NCBI GenBank assembly: GCA_900546445.1 | Contig: URCV01000001.1 | Coordinates: forward strand, 11,445 to 75,444 | Direction: 5' to 3' | Origin: an uncultured Bacteroidales bacterium | GTDB taxonomy: Bacteria; Bacteroidota; Bacteroidia; Bacteroidales; UBA932 | Length of the DNA: 64,000 nucleotides | Part shown: in pieces, positions 12,901 to 21,709 of the stretch | How the letters are laid out: every line of letters starts with the position of its first letter | Numbering within the stretch: position 1 is the stretch's first letter | Program-made: the position numbers and the translations under genes | Notes under the pieces: model-generated | Database searches by the model: none | Told to the model about the DNA's origin: nothing | The model's input: only the letters and a program-made list of their open reading frames with translations

Positions 12901-13259
12901 CACACCTTGTTATACTCGGCTATGCTTATCTTAGTTCCGATATCTTCCTTAGTGATACCCAACTTTTTCTCCACACCGAGCTCCACAGGCAGTCCGTGGG
13001 TGTCCCATCCAGCACGACGGCGCACCAGATAACCGCTCTGCGTCTTGTAACGACAGATGGCATCCTTTATACTGCGGGCCATCACGTGATGGATACCGGG
13101 CATACCGTTAGCACTTGGCGGTCCCTCGAAGAAAATGAACTCCGGAGCACCCTCCCTCAACTCGAGAGATTTCCTGAATGCACCTTCTTTTTCCCACTTT
13201 TTGAGCACCTCATTACCGGTGGCTACCAAATCCAACCCTTTATACTCTTTGAATGTCAT
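9903..13259 (-). CDS. ileS: Isoleucyl-tRNA synthetase
   Basis: 1118 aa with class I HIGH (PSANGMPGIHH) and KMSKS motifs. Confidence 0.95.
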   Translation of the reverse strand: MTFKEYKGLDLVATGNEVLKKWEKEGAFRKSLELREGAPEFIFFEGPPSANGMPGIHHVMARSIKDAICRYKTQSGYLVRRRAGWDTHGLPVELGVEKKLGITKEDIGTKISIAEYNKVCREEVMKYTAQWRNLTDRIGYWVDMDDPYITYDNRYIETLWYLLKDIYGKGYLYKGKSIQPYSPAAGTGLSSHELNQPGCYRDVKDTTCCVQFKVVGKEDEYFLAWTTTPWTLPSNTALCVNPNIDYVRVKSTNPYTGKPAVYILAQALVHSWFNDKIPYEILPGTFKGRELEGMRYEQLIPWFNPGEGAFRVILGDYVTTEEGTTGIVHIAPTFGADDAKVAKAAGVPGLYVVDKNGDMEAQVDPRGRFYRIEDLDPEYVKTCVNVPEYSQWAGRYVKNAYDSTLAADAPTLDIDICVMLKSENKAFKIEKHVHSYPHCWRTDKPVLYYPLNSWFIKTTAVREKMMELNEHIVWKPEATGTGRFGKWLENIQDWNLSRSRYWGTPLPIWRTEDGKEEKCIGSVKELYAEIEKSVAAGFMSSNPLADKGFDPEDMSKANYDKIDLHRPYVDEIFLVSESGNKMKRESDLIDVWFDSGAMPYAQTGLRGLDSADFGSTADFIAEGVDQTRGWFYTLHAIHTMVSGTPAFKRVISNGLVLDKKGEKMSKRLGNAVDPFQALDTYGADALRWYMLTNAQPWDNLKFDEAGVDEVRRKFFGTLYNSYSVFALYANIDHFDPCGPTVEVSARPMFDQWIMSRLNTLCKEVEAAYEDYDVTLAGRLIQDFVCDDLSNWYIRLNKKRLWGNGMSEDKLAAYTTLYEALKSVALLGAPIAPFFMDQLFRDLCPEAGSVHYLPMPAVNESLIDSELEDSMAFAQKASSMVLALRKKVGINVRKPLAKVLVPVIDDKVKAHIERVKDIFLTEVNVKQLEFLHDTVGIITKKIKPNFKTLGKIYGKQMKEIAASFATLSQEQIAQIECSEGAYTLSLPGGDVVLNKGDYEINSEDMPGWLVATEGSLTIALDIVQTDELIREGNARELIHPIQNLRKDSGFEITDRIQTVIYADGQAFKSIEEALAQYKDYVCQQTLSSNLELRPLAEAGEDAACVEWDKDTIKIKVIRK

Positions 13260-13314
13260 TTTTTTTATCTATTTTTGAACCTGCAAATATAACGAATTCA
13301 AAAGGCAAATACAA

Positions 13315-13836
13315 ATGAACGTTTTAGACATCGTATTAATCATCCTCTTCATTCCGGCCATAATCCGCGGTATAAGTAAGGGATTCATAGAGCAAGTCAT
13401 AGCGCTCGCTTCGCTTTTTCTCAGTGCTTGGCTGGCATATCTATTTGCAGACAAAGTAGGTACGTGGCTTTCAGCGTACATCGACGGTGTAAGTAAGGAA
13501 GTACTCTACATCTTCGCATTCATCATAATAATCATTCTTACGGTGATGCTGCTCAACCTGTTGGCCAAGGTATTGTCGAAAGTCGTAAGCGCCATTTCGC
13601 TTGGCTGGCTGAATTCGATTCTGGGGCTTGCCTTAGCCGTATTCAACACGGCCCTCATAATAGGCCTCATCCTTTCGGCTTTTTCCTCATTCAACGCCTC
13701 GACCTTTCATCTGGGCACGGAATGGATGGACTCATCAGTAATCTACAGATGGATTTCTGACCTCACTCAGACCATCTTCCCATATATCGAAAACCTCTTC
13801 AATCAGATAAGCGATGGCGGAGCACAAATGTGTTAA
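13315..13836 (+). CDS. cvpA: CvpA-family membrane protein
   Basis: Four TM helices and a typical CvpA N-terminus (DIVLIILFIP...). Confidence 0.7.
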   Translation: MNVLDIVLIILFIPAIIRGISKGFIEQVIALASLFLSAWLAYLFADKVGTWLSAYIDGVSKEVLYIFAFIIIIILTVMLLNLLAKVLSKVVSAISLGWLNSILGLALAVFNTALIIGLILSAFSSFNASTFHLGTEWMDSSVIYRWISDLTQTIFPYIENLFNQISDGGAQMC

Positions 13837-14518
13837 TATCATACTTATAGAAACTTCTACCTCTCTATGTTCGGTGGCATTGAGCCAAGACGGTGTAATC
13901 AAATCTTACAGGGAAAGCGCCCAGACTAAGGCGCACGCGTCCCTTACCGCACCCTTCGTAAAGGAAGTGCTGGACGAGTGCGGACTTTCCATCCGCGAAT
14001 GCGATGCAGTGTGCGTAAGTTCGGGCCCGGGCTCCTATACCGGACTTCGCGTGGGCGTGTCCACGGCGAAAGGCCTCTGCTTCGGCGCAGGCATTCCCCT
14101 ACTGGCAGTGAGCACGATGGACGTATTGGCCGAAATGGGGAAAAACATCGAATGCCGATTCATCGTGCCTATGATCGATGCCCGCAGGATGGAGGTCTAC
14201 AGCGCAGTTTATGCCAATTCGCCCGCAGGACGCCCGCACCAAATTAGCCCGATCGAGCCGATAGTGGTAGACGAGCACAGCTTCGCGGACAGATTGGCAG
14301 AAGGAAAGGTCCTGTTCATCGGAGACGGCGCCGAGAAATGCAGAGCGCTCCTCGCCTGCGACAATGCCATCTTCGAGCAGTGCTGCCCATCCGCAAGCGC
14401 GATGGCCAGGCTCGCACAGAAGCTATTTGACGAGGGCAAGACCGAAGACGTGGCCTATTTCGAGCCTTTCTACCTAAAAGACTTCATAGCCACGGTGTCG
14501 AAAAAGAAACTTTTCTAG
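13814..14518 (+). CDS. tsaB: tRNA threonylcarbamoyladenosine biosynthesis protein TsaB
   Basis: YeaZ/Kae1-like N-terminus (ILIETSTSLCSVAL, SGPGSYTGLRVG). Confidence 0.75.
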   Translation: MAEHKCVNIILIETSTSLCSVALSQDGVIKSYRESAQTKAHASLTAPFVKEVLDECGLSIRECDAVCVSSGPGSYTGLRVGVSTAKGLCFGAGIPLLAVSTMDVLAEMGKNIECRFIVPMIDARRMEVYSAVYANSPAGRPHQISPIEPIVVDEHSFADRLAEGKVLFIGDGAEKCRALLACDNAIFEQCCPSASAMARLAQKLFDEGKTEDVAYFEPFYLKDFIATVSKKKLF

Positions 14519-16236
14519 AAAAGTAGCGCCATATCCTTTTTTATGGCCGGAGCGGCGACGCTTTCCGGAACGAAAGACCAGTGCCCCACTCCACGAGTCA
14601 GGGCCGGCGACACTTCTTCGTGCGCTACGACGAACTTATAGATCATATCCCTTATCTCCGGATAACGTGCTATGAGTCTGCTCGTAAGCTCCTCGCGGCC
14701 AAGTCCCGCCCCGTCACTGAGCAGATTACCGCCGCCCGCAGCGCGATAGGAAGTCATAGCCACCTTATATGTGGCGTCCAGAGCGAATTTACGTCCGTCG
14801 ACGAGGTTACCCATCTTGATGCGCCTTCCCATGGGACGAGTGACGTCCACGGTATAATCCACACCTGCGGCGCTATCGAAATTAAAACTCGGAGAATCGA
14901 AAGACCAGCGCGAGGTGCCATAGCGCTCACTTCCTCTCTCGCTTATGTTAAAGATGTGTCCGTCGGGGCCCACCGTTTTTATCCACTTGTCGTAAGAGAG
15001 TTCCAGATAGTTCTTTATCTCGCGGCCCGTGAGTTCCAGCACGCAAAGGCTGTTCTCGTAAGGATAGAGCGTGAACATATCGTTGAATACGAGCTCCCCT
15101 TTCGACAGCTTTCCGCTGACCGTAAGCGGCGCACTAAAGGAGATGTCCGCTCCGCTCTCGCTAAGCTGCACCTTATGAATCAAATCCATATAGAAACTCT
15201 GCCCCGCGAAGGCGTCTTTAGTGAACATGTCTTCCGAGAGCCTTCCCACAGGCTTTAGGGTAAAGGCCTTCACCTTTTCGAAGTCCGGGGCGAACTCCGC
15301 CTTCATCTTAGCATCCGTCTTCGCCGCGTCTATGTCCAGAAGTTCGGGCTTGAGCGATTTCGACACGAGCCTGCCCCTGTCATAGCGAAGAGTCACCGTG
15401 GCCTGTCCCAGATGCTTGGCACGGCTGCCGGTATTAACCAGACAAATCCCATCGCCCTGCTTTACGAATGGCGCGTGGTCGTGCGAGCACAGGAGTACAT
15501 CCACGCCCTTAAGGCTCTTGAACAGGTCAAGTCCCTGAAATTCAAGCACCTCTCCATCGCCCTTACCGGTTCCGCTATGCACGCTGACTACCACCACGTC
15601 GGGATTAGTCTTAGCCCTAAGCTCGTCCACACGTCCCTGCACGAAAGGAAGCAGGCTCTCGAATTCCATATCCGGCCACAGGCTCTTGTCCAGCCAAGCC
15701 GGAATGTTAGGATTAGTGTAACCCATCACCAGAACCTTCAGCCCGGCTCTCTTAAAGAGCTTGTATTCCGGGAAATACGCCTTTCCATCGGCTTTCAGGG
15801 CATTTCCTGCCATAAACGGGATTCCCTTTCGGGCCAACTCTCCCGCGACCCTGTCGTACACTGCCGGACCCGTCTCGACGTCGTGATTACCCACGACGAC
15901 GGCATCGTAGTCCATATATGAGACCAATCGCGAAAAGAGATGCTCGTCCACCGTGTCCACATAATTATAGTAGTAGGTGGCGTTGTCGCCCTGAAGGCAA
16001 TCTCCGGCATCTATCAAAAGCACGTTATCTCGGCCGGCCGCCGCTCTTATGCTATCCACATAAGTATTCACCGCCATAAGCGAAGGACGCACCGCGCCAT
16101 CGACATAAGGAATGTCGAACCATGCGCCGTGGACATCGTTAGTGGAAAGAATGTGGAGGGTATACTCCCCGTCAAGTCTGGAGCAACCTGCAAACATAGT
16201 AGCGGCCAAAATCGCGATTAGAGAAATTCTTTTCAT
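14515..16236 (-). CDS. Bifunctional metallophosphatase/5'-nucleotidase lipoprotein (UshA-like)
   Basis: Lipoprotein signal MKRISLIAILAATMFAGCS. Calcineurin-like motifs (DVHG, GNHD) and a 5'-nucleotidase C-terminal domain. Confidence 0.75.
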   Translation of the reverse strand: MKRISLIAILAATMFAGCSRLDGEYTLHILSTNDVHGAWFDIPYVDGAVRPSLMAVNTYVDSIRAAAGRDNVLLIDAGDCLQGDNATYYYNYVDTVDEHLFSRLVSYMDYDAVVVGNHDVETGPAVYDRVAGELARKGIPFMAGNALKADGKAYFPEYKLFKRAGLKVLVMGYTNPNIPAWLDKSLWPDMEFESLLPFVQGRVDELRAKTNPDVVVVSVHSGTGKGDGEVLEFQGLDLFKSLKGVDVLLCSHDHAPFVKQGDGICLVNTGSRAKHLGQATVTLRYDRGRLVSKSLKPELLDIDAAKTDAKMKAEFAPDFEKVKAFTLKPVGRLSEDMFTKDAFAGQSFYMDLIHKVQLSESGADISFSAPLTVSGKLSKGELVFNDMFTLYPYENSLCVLELTGREIKNYLELSYDKWIKTVGPDGHIFNISERGSERYGTSRWSFDSPSFNFDSAAGVDYTVDVTRPMGRRIKMGNLVDGRKFALDATYKVAMTSYRAAGGGNLLSDGAGLGREELTSRLIARYPEIRDMIYKFVVAHEEVSPALTRGVGHWSFVPESVAAPAIKKDMALLF

Positions 16237-16301
16237 AATGAGAGCAAAAATACGTATAAAATCCTTAAATTTGTTGTCCAATTTTCAAAAAGAAATTTAT
16301 T

Positions 16302-17621
16302 ATGTTTGAAAACCTCAGCGAAAAACTTGAGCGCTCGTTAAAGAATCTGAAAGGTGAAGGCAAAATCACCGAAATTAATATATCCGAAACCCTTAAGGAG
16401 GTGCGTAGAGCCCTGCTCGATGCCGACGTAAGCTATAAGGTAGCGAAGGAGTTCTGTGACAACGTAAAGAAAAAGGCCATAGGCTCCAACGTCCTTACGG
16501 CAGTCAAGCCGCAGCAGATGATGGTGAAGATAGTTCACGACGAACTCACCGAATTTATGGGAAGCGAATCGTCTTCCATTAACCTAAAGGGCTCGCCTGC
16601 AGTGGTTTTGGTAGCCGGTTTGAACGGTTCGGGTAAGACCACTTTCAGTGGCAAGCTAGCCCTTTACCTGAAGAAAAAGGGTAGCAAGGTGCTTCTCGCG
16701 GCCTGCGACACTTTCAGGCCTGCGGCGATAGAGCAGCTCAAGACATTGGCCGAGGGCATAGGGATAAACGTATTCTCCATCGAAGGCGAGAAGGACCCGG
16801 TTAAGGTAGCCAATGCCGCGATAGCTCAGGCGCGCATAGAAGGATATAACGTGGTAATCGTGGATACGGCTGGCCGATTGGCAGTGGATGAGGAACTTAT
16901 GCAGGAAATCCGCACCATGCACCAGGCCGTCAAGCCGAGCGAGACCCTGTTCGTAGTCGATGCCATGACGGGTCAGGATGCAGTGCTGAGTGCGAAGGCA
17001 TTTAACGAGGCCATCGATTACGACGGCGTGGTTCTCACGAAGATGGACGGTGACACCCGCGGAGGTGCGGCGCTTTCGGTTAAGGCCGTGAGCGGCAAGC
17101 CTATAAAGTTCGTGAGCACGGGTGAAAAGATGGAGGCGCTCGACGTATTCTATCCGTCACGTGTGGCTGACAGAATTCTCGGAATGGGTGACGTGGTGTC
17201 TCTCGTGGAGAAGGCTCAGGAGCAGTACGACGAGAAGCAGGCCCGCGAGATGAAGAAGAAAATCGCGAAGGGTCGCTTTAATTTCAACGACTTCTATGAC
17301 CAGATTCAGCAGGTTCGCAAGATGGGCGACATCAAGGATCTGGCTGGAATGATTCCGGGTATGGACAGGGCCATAAAGGACGTGGATATCGATAACGATA
17401 AGGCGTTCAAGGGCACAGAGGCCATCATCAAGAGTATGACTCCTTACGAAAGAGAGCATCCGGAGTGCCTTAACGGTTCTCGCAGACGTCGCATCGCGAT
17501 GGGTTCGGGTACCACTATCGCCGACGTGAACAAGCTCATCAAGCAGTTCGAGAACTCCCAGAAGATGATGAAGATGGCGATGGACGGTTCCCTCGCCGCT
17601 CGTCTGAAGGGAATGAGATAG
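16302..17621 (+). CDS. ffh: Signal recognition particle protein Ffh
   Basis: N/G domains with GLNGSGKTT, DTAGR and TKMDGD motifs, plus a Met-rich M domain. Confidence 0.95.
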   Translation: MFENLSEKLERSLKNLKGEGKITEINISETLKEVRRALLDADVSYKVAKEFCDNVKKKAIGSNVLTAVKPQQMMVKIVHDELTEFMGSESSSINLKGSPAVVLVAGLNGSGKTTFSGKLALYLKKKGSKVLLAACDTFRPAAIEQLKTLAEGIGINVFSIEGEKDPVKVANAAIAQARIEGYNVVIVDTAGRLAVDEELMQEIRTMHQAVKPSETLFVVDAMTGQDAVLSAKAFNEAIDYDGVVLTKMDGDTRGGAALSVKAVSGKPIKFVSTGEKMEALDVFYPSRVADRILGMGDVVSLVEKAQEQYDEKQAREMKKKIAKGRFNFNDFYDQIQQVRKMGDIKDLAGMIPGMDRAIKDVDIDNDKAFKGTEAIIKSMTPYEREHPECLNGSRRRRIAMGSGTTIADVNKLIKQFENSQKMMKMAMDGSLAARLKGMR

Positions 17622-17622
17622 A

Positions 17623-18525
17623 TTATTTAACTCTCAGATTCATACCGGCTTTTATGGTATCGGGAGCGAGATCCATTACGGCTCGTTCCTCTCCTGCCAT
17701 ACAGAAGCCGCACTTGTCGCATACGCCGGCAGCCTCGCCTGCGCACACGTCGCTTCTGGTTCCGTCGGTAAAGATGAAATTACTCATCCAGCACGCCTTC
17801 TTGAATTTGAGGTCGCGCATATGGTTAAGTCCCGTTACCGAGTTCATTATAGGATAGCCCTTTTTCTTATAGGAGATTATCAGGTCTATCACTTCGTTTC
17901 TCTTCTGAAGGCTGAGGGCCAGATGCTCCGTACCCTCGAAAGGAGTATGGAAATTCAGCGAAACCATCTGGAAATAAGGACTATTCTTCACATATTCGAT
18001 GACCTCGGCCACGTCGTCGACATTAAGAACGTTAATCGCCATATTCGCGCTCAATGCAGGATGGCCGCAGGCAGCCACGTTCTTTTCGAGTCTTTCGAAT
18101 GCGCCCTTTCCGCGAACGGCATCGTGATACTCGCCTATTCCGTCCATAGACACCCATATACTGTCAGCCGACGAACCGGAAAAGTCTTTCTGGGCATTAG
18201 TGGTTATGGTGCAACTAAAAAAGCCTATGGAATGAGCGAGGGTGCACAGGTCGTTGACGTTCATCCCCTCATCTTCCCACAGGAAAGGCTCGCCTCCTTC
18301 GAAATCGACGAAGCGGGACCCCAGCGAGTAGCAATACTCCAACTCTTTCTTTATCTGGGCGTAAGTCTTGTTAAGAGGATTCTTATGATTATAGACGGAG
18401 CAGTGCTTGCAGCTAAGGTTACACCTGTCCGATATGAAAATTACGCTCTGTAGGGGCTTTTTTCTTCCGAAAAACTTAGCGCGTGTCCACCACCAAGCGA
18501 GATATGTCATCTGAAAAACATTCAT
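17623..18525 (-). CDS. Radical SAM protein with a C-terminal Cys-rich (SPASM/twitch-like) domain
   Basis: CNLSCKHC (Cx3Cx2C) near the N-terminus and an additional CxxC...C cluster near the C-terminus. Confidence 0.7.
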   Translation of the reverse strand: MNVFQMTYLAWWWTRAKFFGRKKPLQSVIFISDRCNLSCKHCSVYNHKNPLNKTYAQIKKELEYCYSLGSRFVDFEGGEPFLWEDEGMNVNDLCTLAHSIGFFSCTITTNAQKDFSGSSADSIWVSMDGIGEYHDAVRGKGAFERLEKNVAACGHPALSANMAINVLNVDDVAEVIEYVKNSPYFQMVSLNFHTPFEGTEHLALSLQKRNEVIDLIISYKKKGYPIMNSVTGLNHMRDLKFKKACWMSNFIFTDGTRSDVCAGEAAGVCDKCGFCMAGEERAVMDLAPDTIKAGMNLRVK

Positions 18526-18590
18526 CGTAATATGCGTTTGTCTCTGGTCGCGAAGATAGCACTTTTTAGTAAAGAGAGCAAAAATAATCT

Positions 18591-18790
18591 TTAGCCCAGC
18601 GCGAACCCTATGGTTCCCACATTCGAGTGATTGCCCTGGGAATATTCAGGGACCAATTCCACCACCACATAGAGCATAGCCCCGGCGGCGAAAGCCGACC
18701 CCAGGGCCGTGCCCAGGAATGGAATCAAAAGAGCTGTAAGAACCGACACGAATATAGTTAAAAATTCCTGTAATATGCAACTGGTGCTCC
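18591..18790 (-). pseudogene. C-terminal fragment of a ZIP (ZupT-like) metal transporter. The N-terminal ~200 aa are missing, replaced by repeat-derived sequence.
   Basis: The last ~65 aa resemble ZIP C-terminal TM helices (GAMLYVVVELVPE...IGFALG). The upstream part of the ORF is read out of the 18873-19008 repeat. Confidence 0.35.
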
Positions 18791-18872
18791 CAGTCAAGAA
18801 GGGGAAAGCGCCCACTGAGTTTTCGTCCGGCCAAACAGGCTTCTCACCTTTCTGATAACTCTTCATAAAATT

Positions 18873-19008
18873 CACTTTGGCAGCCAATGTGCCACAGAAC
18901 GCGTATATCGGCACCTCCCTGCCAAGGTGGAGCTAAAAAAGTCTCACTTTGGCAAGCAATCCTTAATAGAGTGCGCTCTACGCCATCTGCCCTGCCAAAG
19001 TGAATTGG
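18873..19008. repeat. ~135-bp repeat, copy 1. It contains two units of CACTTTGGCAG...(35-45 nt)...CTGCCAA(A/G)GTG, giving long-range 11-bp stems. It is ~90% identical to the reverse complement of 43791-43925.
   Basis: Direct comparison of the two loci. The internal palindromic half-sites are visible. Confidence 0.65.
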
Positions 19009-19090
19009 CGGAACTCCGCGAGCGAAACAAAAAGCACAGAGCCGAACTCGGCCCTGTGCGATTTTACAAATTAGTGTTTACAAAAGAATA

Positions 19091-21517
19091 TTAGTTAGTC
19101 CAGATCACAAACGCTCCATAAAATGAACCATCATTATTATATCCGGCCACTCTAGTAACACTCATACCATCATGAGTCTTAATAGTAACATAAATATCTG
19201 AAGTTGAGAAGCCTGCAACATGAGCCGTAACCGCTGTAGCTGAAGGGGTTCTACCTGCCGCTGCCTTCGCCAATTCTTCGGCTGTAGGTTCTTCAGAACG
19301 AATAGCATAAGCCAGAATTTCTTCAGCAATTTCTTGAGTCAATGTAACAGGTTCTCCATTTAACTTCACATTTCTAATGAACAAGTAATGTCCATTATCG
19401 CTAAAGTTAGGGTCCATTCCAAAATACCTGTAATGGTTTTTATCTGCATTAGGGAAATCAAAATCATAAGTATATGCACAAGCTGCGCCGCCTTCGCCGG
19501 CCTCCTGAGTAAATTCAGTAGTAGCGAGAACTGTATTGTTATGCTTGAGAGTAAGAGTAATCTTTCGCTCTGCGCTTGTAGCATTAGCCTTGACGTTAAG
19601 GGTAACCTCTCCTTTTGCCGCGATGGTGTGACTCTCCACAGCTGAGCTTGTCTCAAGGGTAAGACCGTAGTCAGCGATAGCCTTAGCCACGTCTGCCTGA
19701 GCATTTCCGTCAATCGTAAGAAAAAGCGTAGTCTTTACCACTCCACCATCCTTTGAAACCTTTTCAGAAGAAGCATTTACAAAGGAAGCGGTAGCATTCA
19801 AAGAAGAAGTCTGGGTGATCTTTACGACCTTAGGTTCTGCCGGATAATCATATTCTCCGTCATTTGCAAATACCAAAGCCACATATGCGACACGAGTCTT
19901 TCCGGTCATATTTGCATTCAACGAGAGCCACCATACGCAGTCAGTCATAACCGTACCATTATTTGCAAACTCACAAGAAGCCCAATCCACATTAGTCTTA
20001 CTGTAATCTTTAGCTGCGTGTGCTGTTTCATCCACAACTACGAAATGAGTCTTCGCATATACGGTTCCCGCGCCATATTTATCCTGAGAAGTACCATTCA
20101 AATCAAGACGGCTATAACCAATGTTCTTTTTAGTAAAGCCCTCACCATCATATAAATAGTCGCTTCCAACAGAGCAAGAGCCTATGGTCACCCTATCCTT
20201 CGTATCAGCCGATTCCTGTGTAACAGTAATAGTCTTCGTCTTGAACCCATCCAACACCTTATAGTTTCCTACGTCAGAGAAAGTGGCCGTAATCTCGGCA
20301 GATCTCTGCTCTCCTACATTCTTTTCCACATCGGCATGCCAGTGGCAATAGTCCCCACCTTCGAAGTATCTGACGCTAATCCAAGTAGCCGGCTCTCCGG
20401 TAGCCTTGTCTATGCAAGTAAAGACAGGCTTGTAGAACGCCGCATTTTCTGCATTTAATCTATCTGTCCACGGATCCTTTCCATCGGAAGAAACTAATGC
20501 CTTCCACCATCCAAGATCCTTGTTCTTAACCTCATCCTTCCCGATTAACAAGCCGTAAAATTCTCCTATATACTTTATGAAACCTTCCTCTGCCGTTCTC
20601 GTCGTGGCCTTATCCAGATTAAGATAAACATTCTTGATAGCATTTTCAGACACGGTCAATTTCTTATCCATAGCATCGAAGGTGTAAATAGCCTTATCCG
20701 TCCTGACTTCATACTTGTACCCATCATATGCTGCGGAGCCGGATGCCGGAATAGGAAGATAAAGTCCTTTGCTCGTCTCGGCGGACGTAACGCCTTCAAG
20801 AGACAGTGGATTAGTCAATTGTACCGTCGTGCTATTTTTAGATGCGTAGTTTTTTTCACTTACGTTCTTATATGTGCCATTTGCTCTATCGTACTCTACG
20901 GTACCTACGATATTTGTTTTCGAAGACAATGTAACGGAGAGTACCTTTTCATCAGAGTAAGTGGAAGTATAAGGAAGAATGCGGAATATAGAGCCACATA
21001 TATCCATCTTTACCTTAGGCTCGACACCTTCCTTTACAGGGATTAAAGACAATCCGCTGTGTAAAAAGAGTCTACGCTTATTCAATTCGCCTGCGTTCTC
21101 CTGGGTAAATGAACTATTATCAGCATTCCCTAGTGTGAATTCCACTTCCTTAGGATAACCAATTGACGGATGGTTATTAGGAGAAACAAAGGCTACCATT
21201 CTATCTTGACTAATCACAGAAGAATGGAACTTAAATGAAGCTACGCTACCATCTTGCGATATATCGGTTGACTTCAATTGTTCTGACACTACAGGCTCGC
21301 CTGCATTGTTATAAAAACACCTCAACTGATCCCCCGCTTCCCAGCGAAGGCCTTCGCTGTCGGTGAAGGTTCCCTTCAATGTTTCGCCGAGGCTCACTTC
21401 GACCTTAATGGTTTGTCCCTCTTCGGGAGCCACAGGCTCGAGGCCTTCCTGCTTGCAGGACACGGCCAGTGCAGCCATACCCATAGCTGCGACTAATATC
21501 GAATTAAACTTTTTCAT
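19091..21517 (-). CDS. Large PUL-associated surface lipoprotein (putative glycan-binding protein)
   Basis: Lipoprotein signal MKKFNSILVAAMGMAALAVSC. About 800 aa with no recognisable catalytic motif. It is the last gene of the susC/susD operon. Confidence 0.55.
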   Translation of the reverse strand: MKKFNSILVAAMGMAALAVSCKQEGLEPVAPEEGQTIKVEVSLGETLKGTFTDSEGLRWEAGDQLRCFYNNAGEPVVSEQLKSTDISQDGSVASFKFHSSVISQDRMVAFVSPNNHPSIGYPKEVEFTLGNADNSSFTQENAGELNKRRLFLHSGLSLIPVKEGVEPKVKMDICGSIFRILPYTSTYSDEKVLSVTLSSKTNIVGTVEYDRANGTYKNVSEKNYASKNSTTVQLTNPLSLEGVTSAETSKGLYLPIPASGSAAYDGYKYEVRTDKAIYTFDAMDKKLTVSENAIKNVYLNLDKATTRTAEEGFIKYIGEFYGLLIGKDEVKNKDLGWWKALVSSDGKDPWTDRLNAENAAFYKPVFTCIDKATGEPATWISVRYFEGGDYCHWHADVEKNVGEQRSAEITATFSDVGNYKVLDGFKTKTITVTQESADTKDRVTIGSCSVGSDYLYDGEGFTKKNIGYSRLDLNGTSQDKYGAGTVYAKTHFVVVDETAHAAKDYSKTNVDWASCEFANNGTVMTDCVWWLSLNANMTGKTRVAYVALVFANDGEYDYPAEPKVVKITQTSSLNATASFVNASSEKVSKDGGVVKTTLFLTIDGNAQADVAKAIADYGLTLETSSAVESHTIAAKGEVTLNVKANATSAERKITLTLKHNNTVLATTEFTQEAGEGGAACAYTYDFDFPNADKNHYRYFGMDPNFSDNGHYLFIRNVKLNGEPVTLTQEIAEEILAYAIRSEEPTAEELAKAAAGRTPSATAVTAHVAGFSTSDIYVTIKTHDGMSVTRVAGYNNDGSFYGAFVIWTN

Positions 21518-21709
21518 CTTCGTACACATTTTAGGGTTATTGCCAAGTATCATCTTCCTCGATGTCATAGGTAAAGTCACCTACTCCACCCCTTTGATAC
21601 CAAGCCTTTTGGGTTTCACCGGATGCACACAGTACGGCATCGCAAACCAGGTCTATGACCTGAACTTCAGGAGTTACATACCCCTGCATATCTTTCTTTT
21701 TCATTTTAT

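Noticed and set aside
10146-13292. Two very long plus-strand ORFs (603 aa and 444 aa) inside the ileS locus
   Set aside because: They are antisense shadow frames of ileS, whose minus-strand frame carries unmistakable class I synthetase motifs. They are low-complexity, Arg/Leu-rich, and have no start context.
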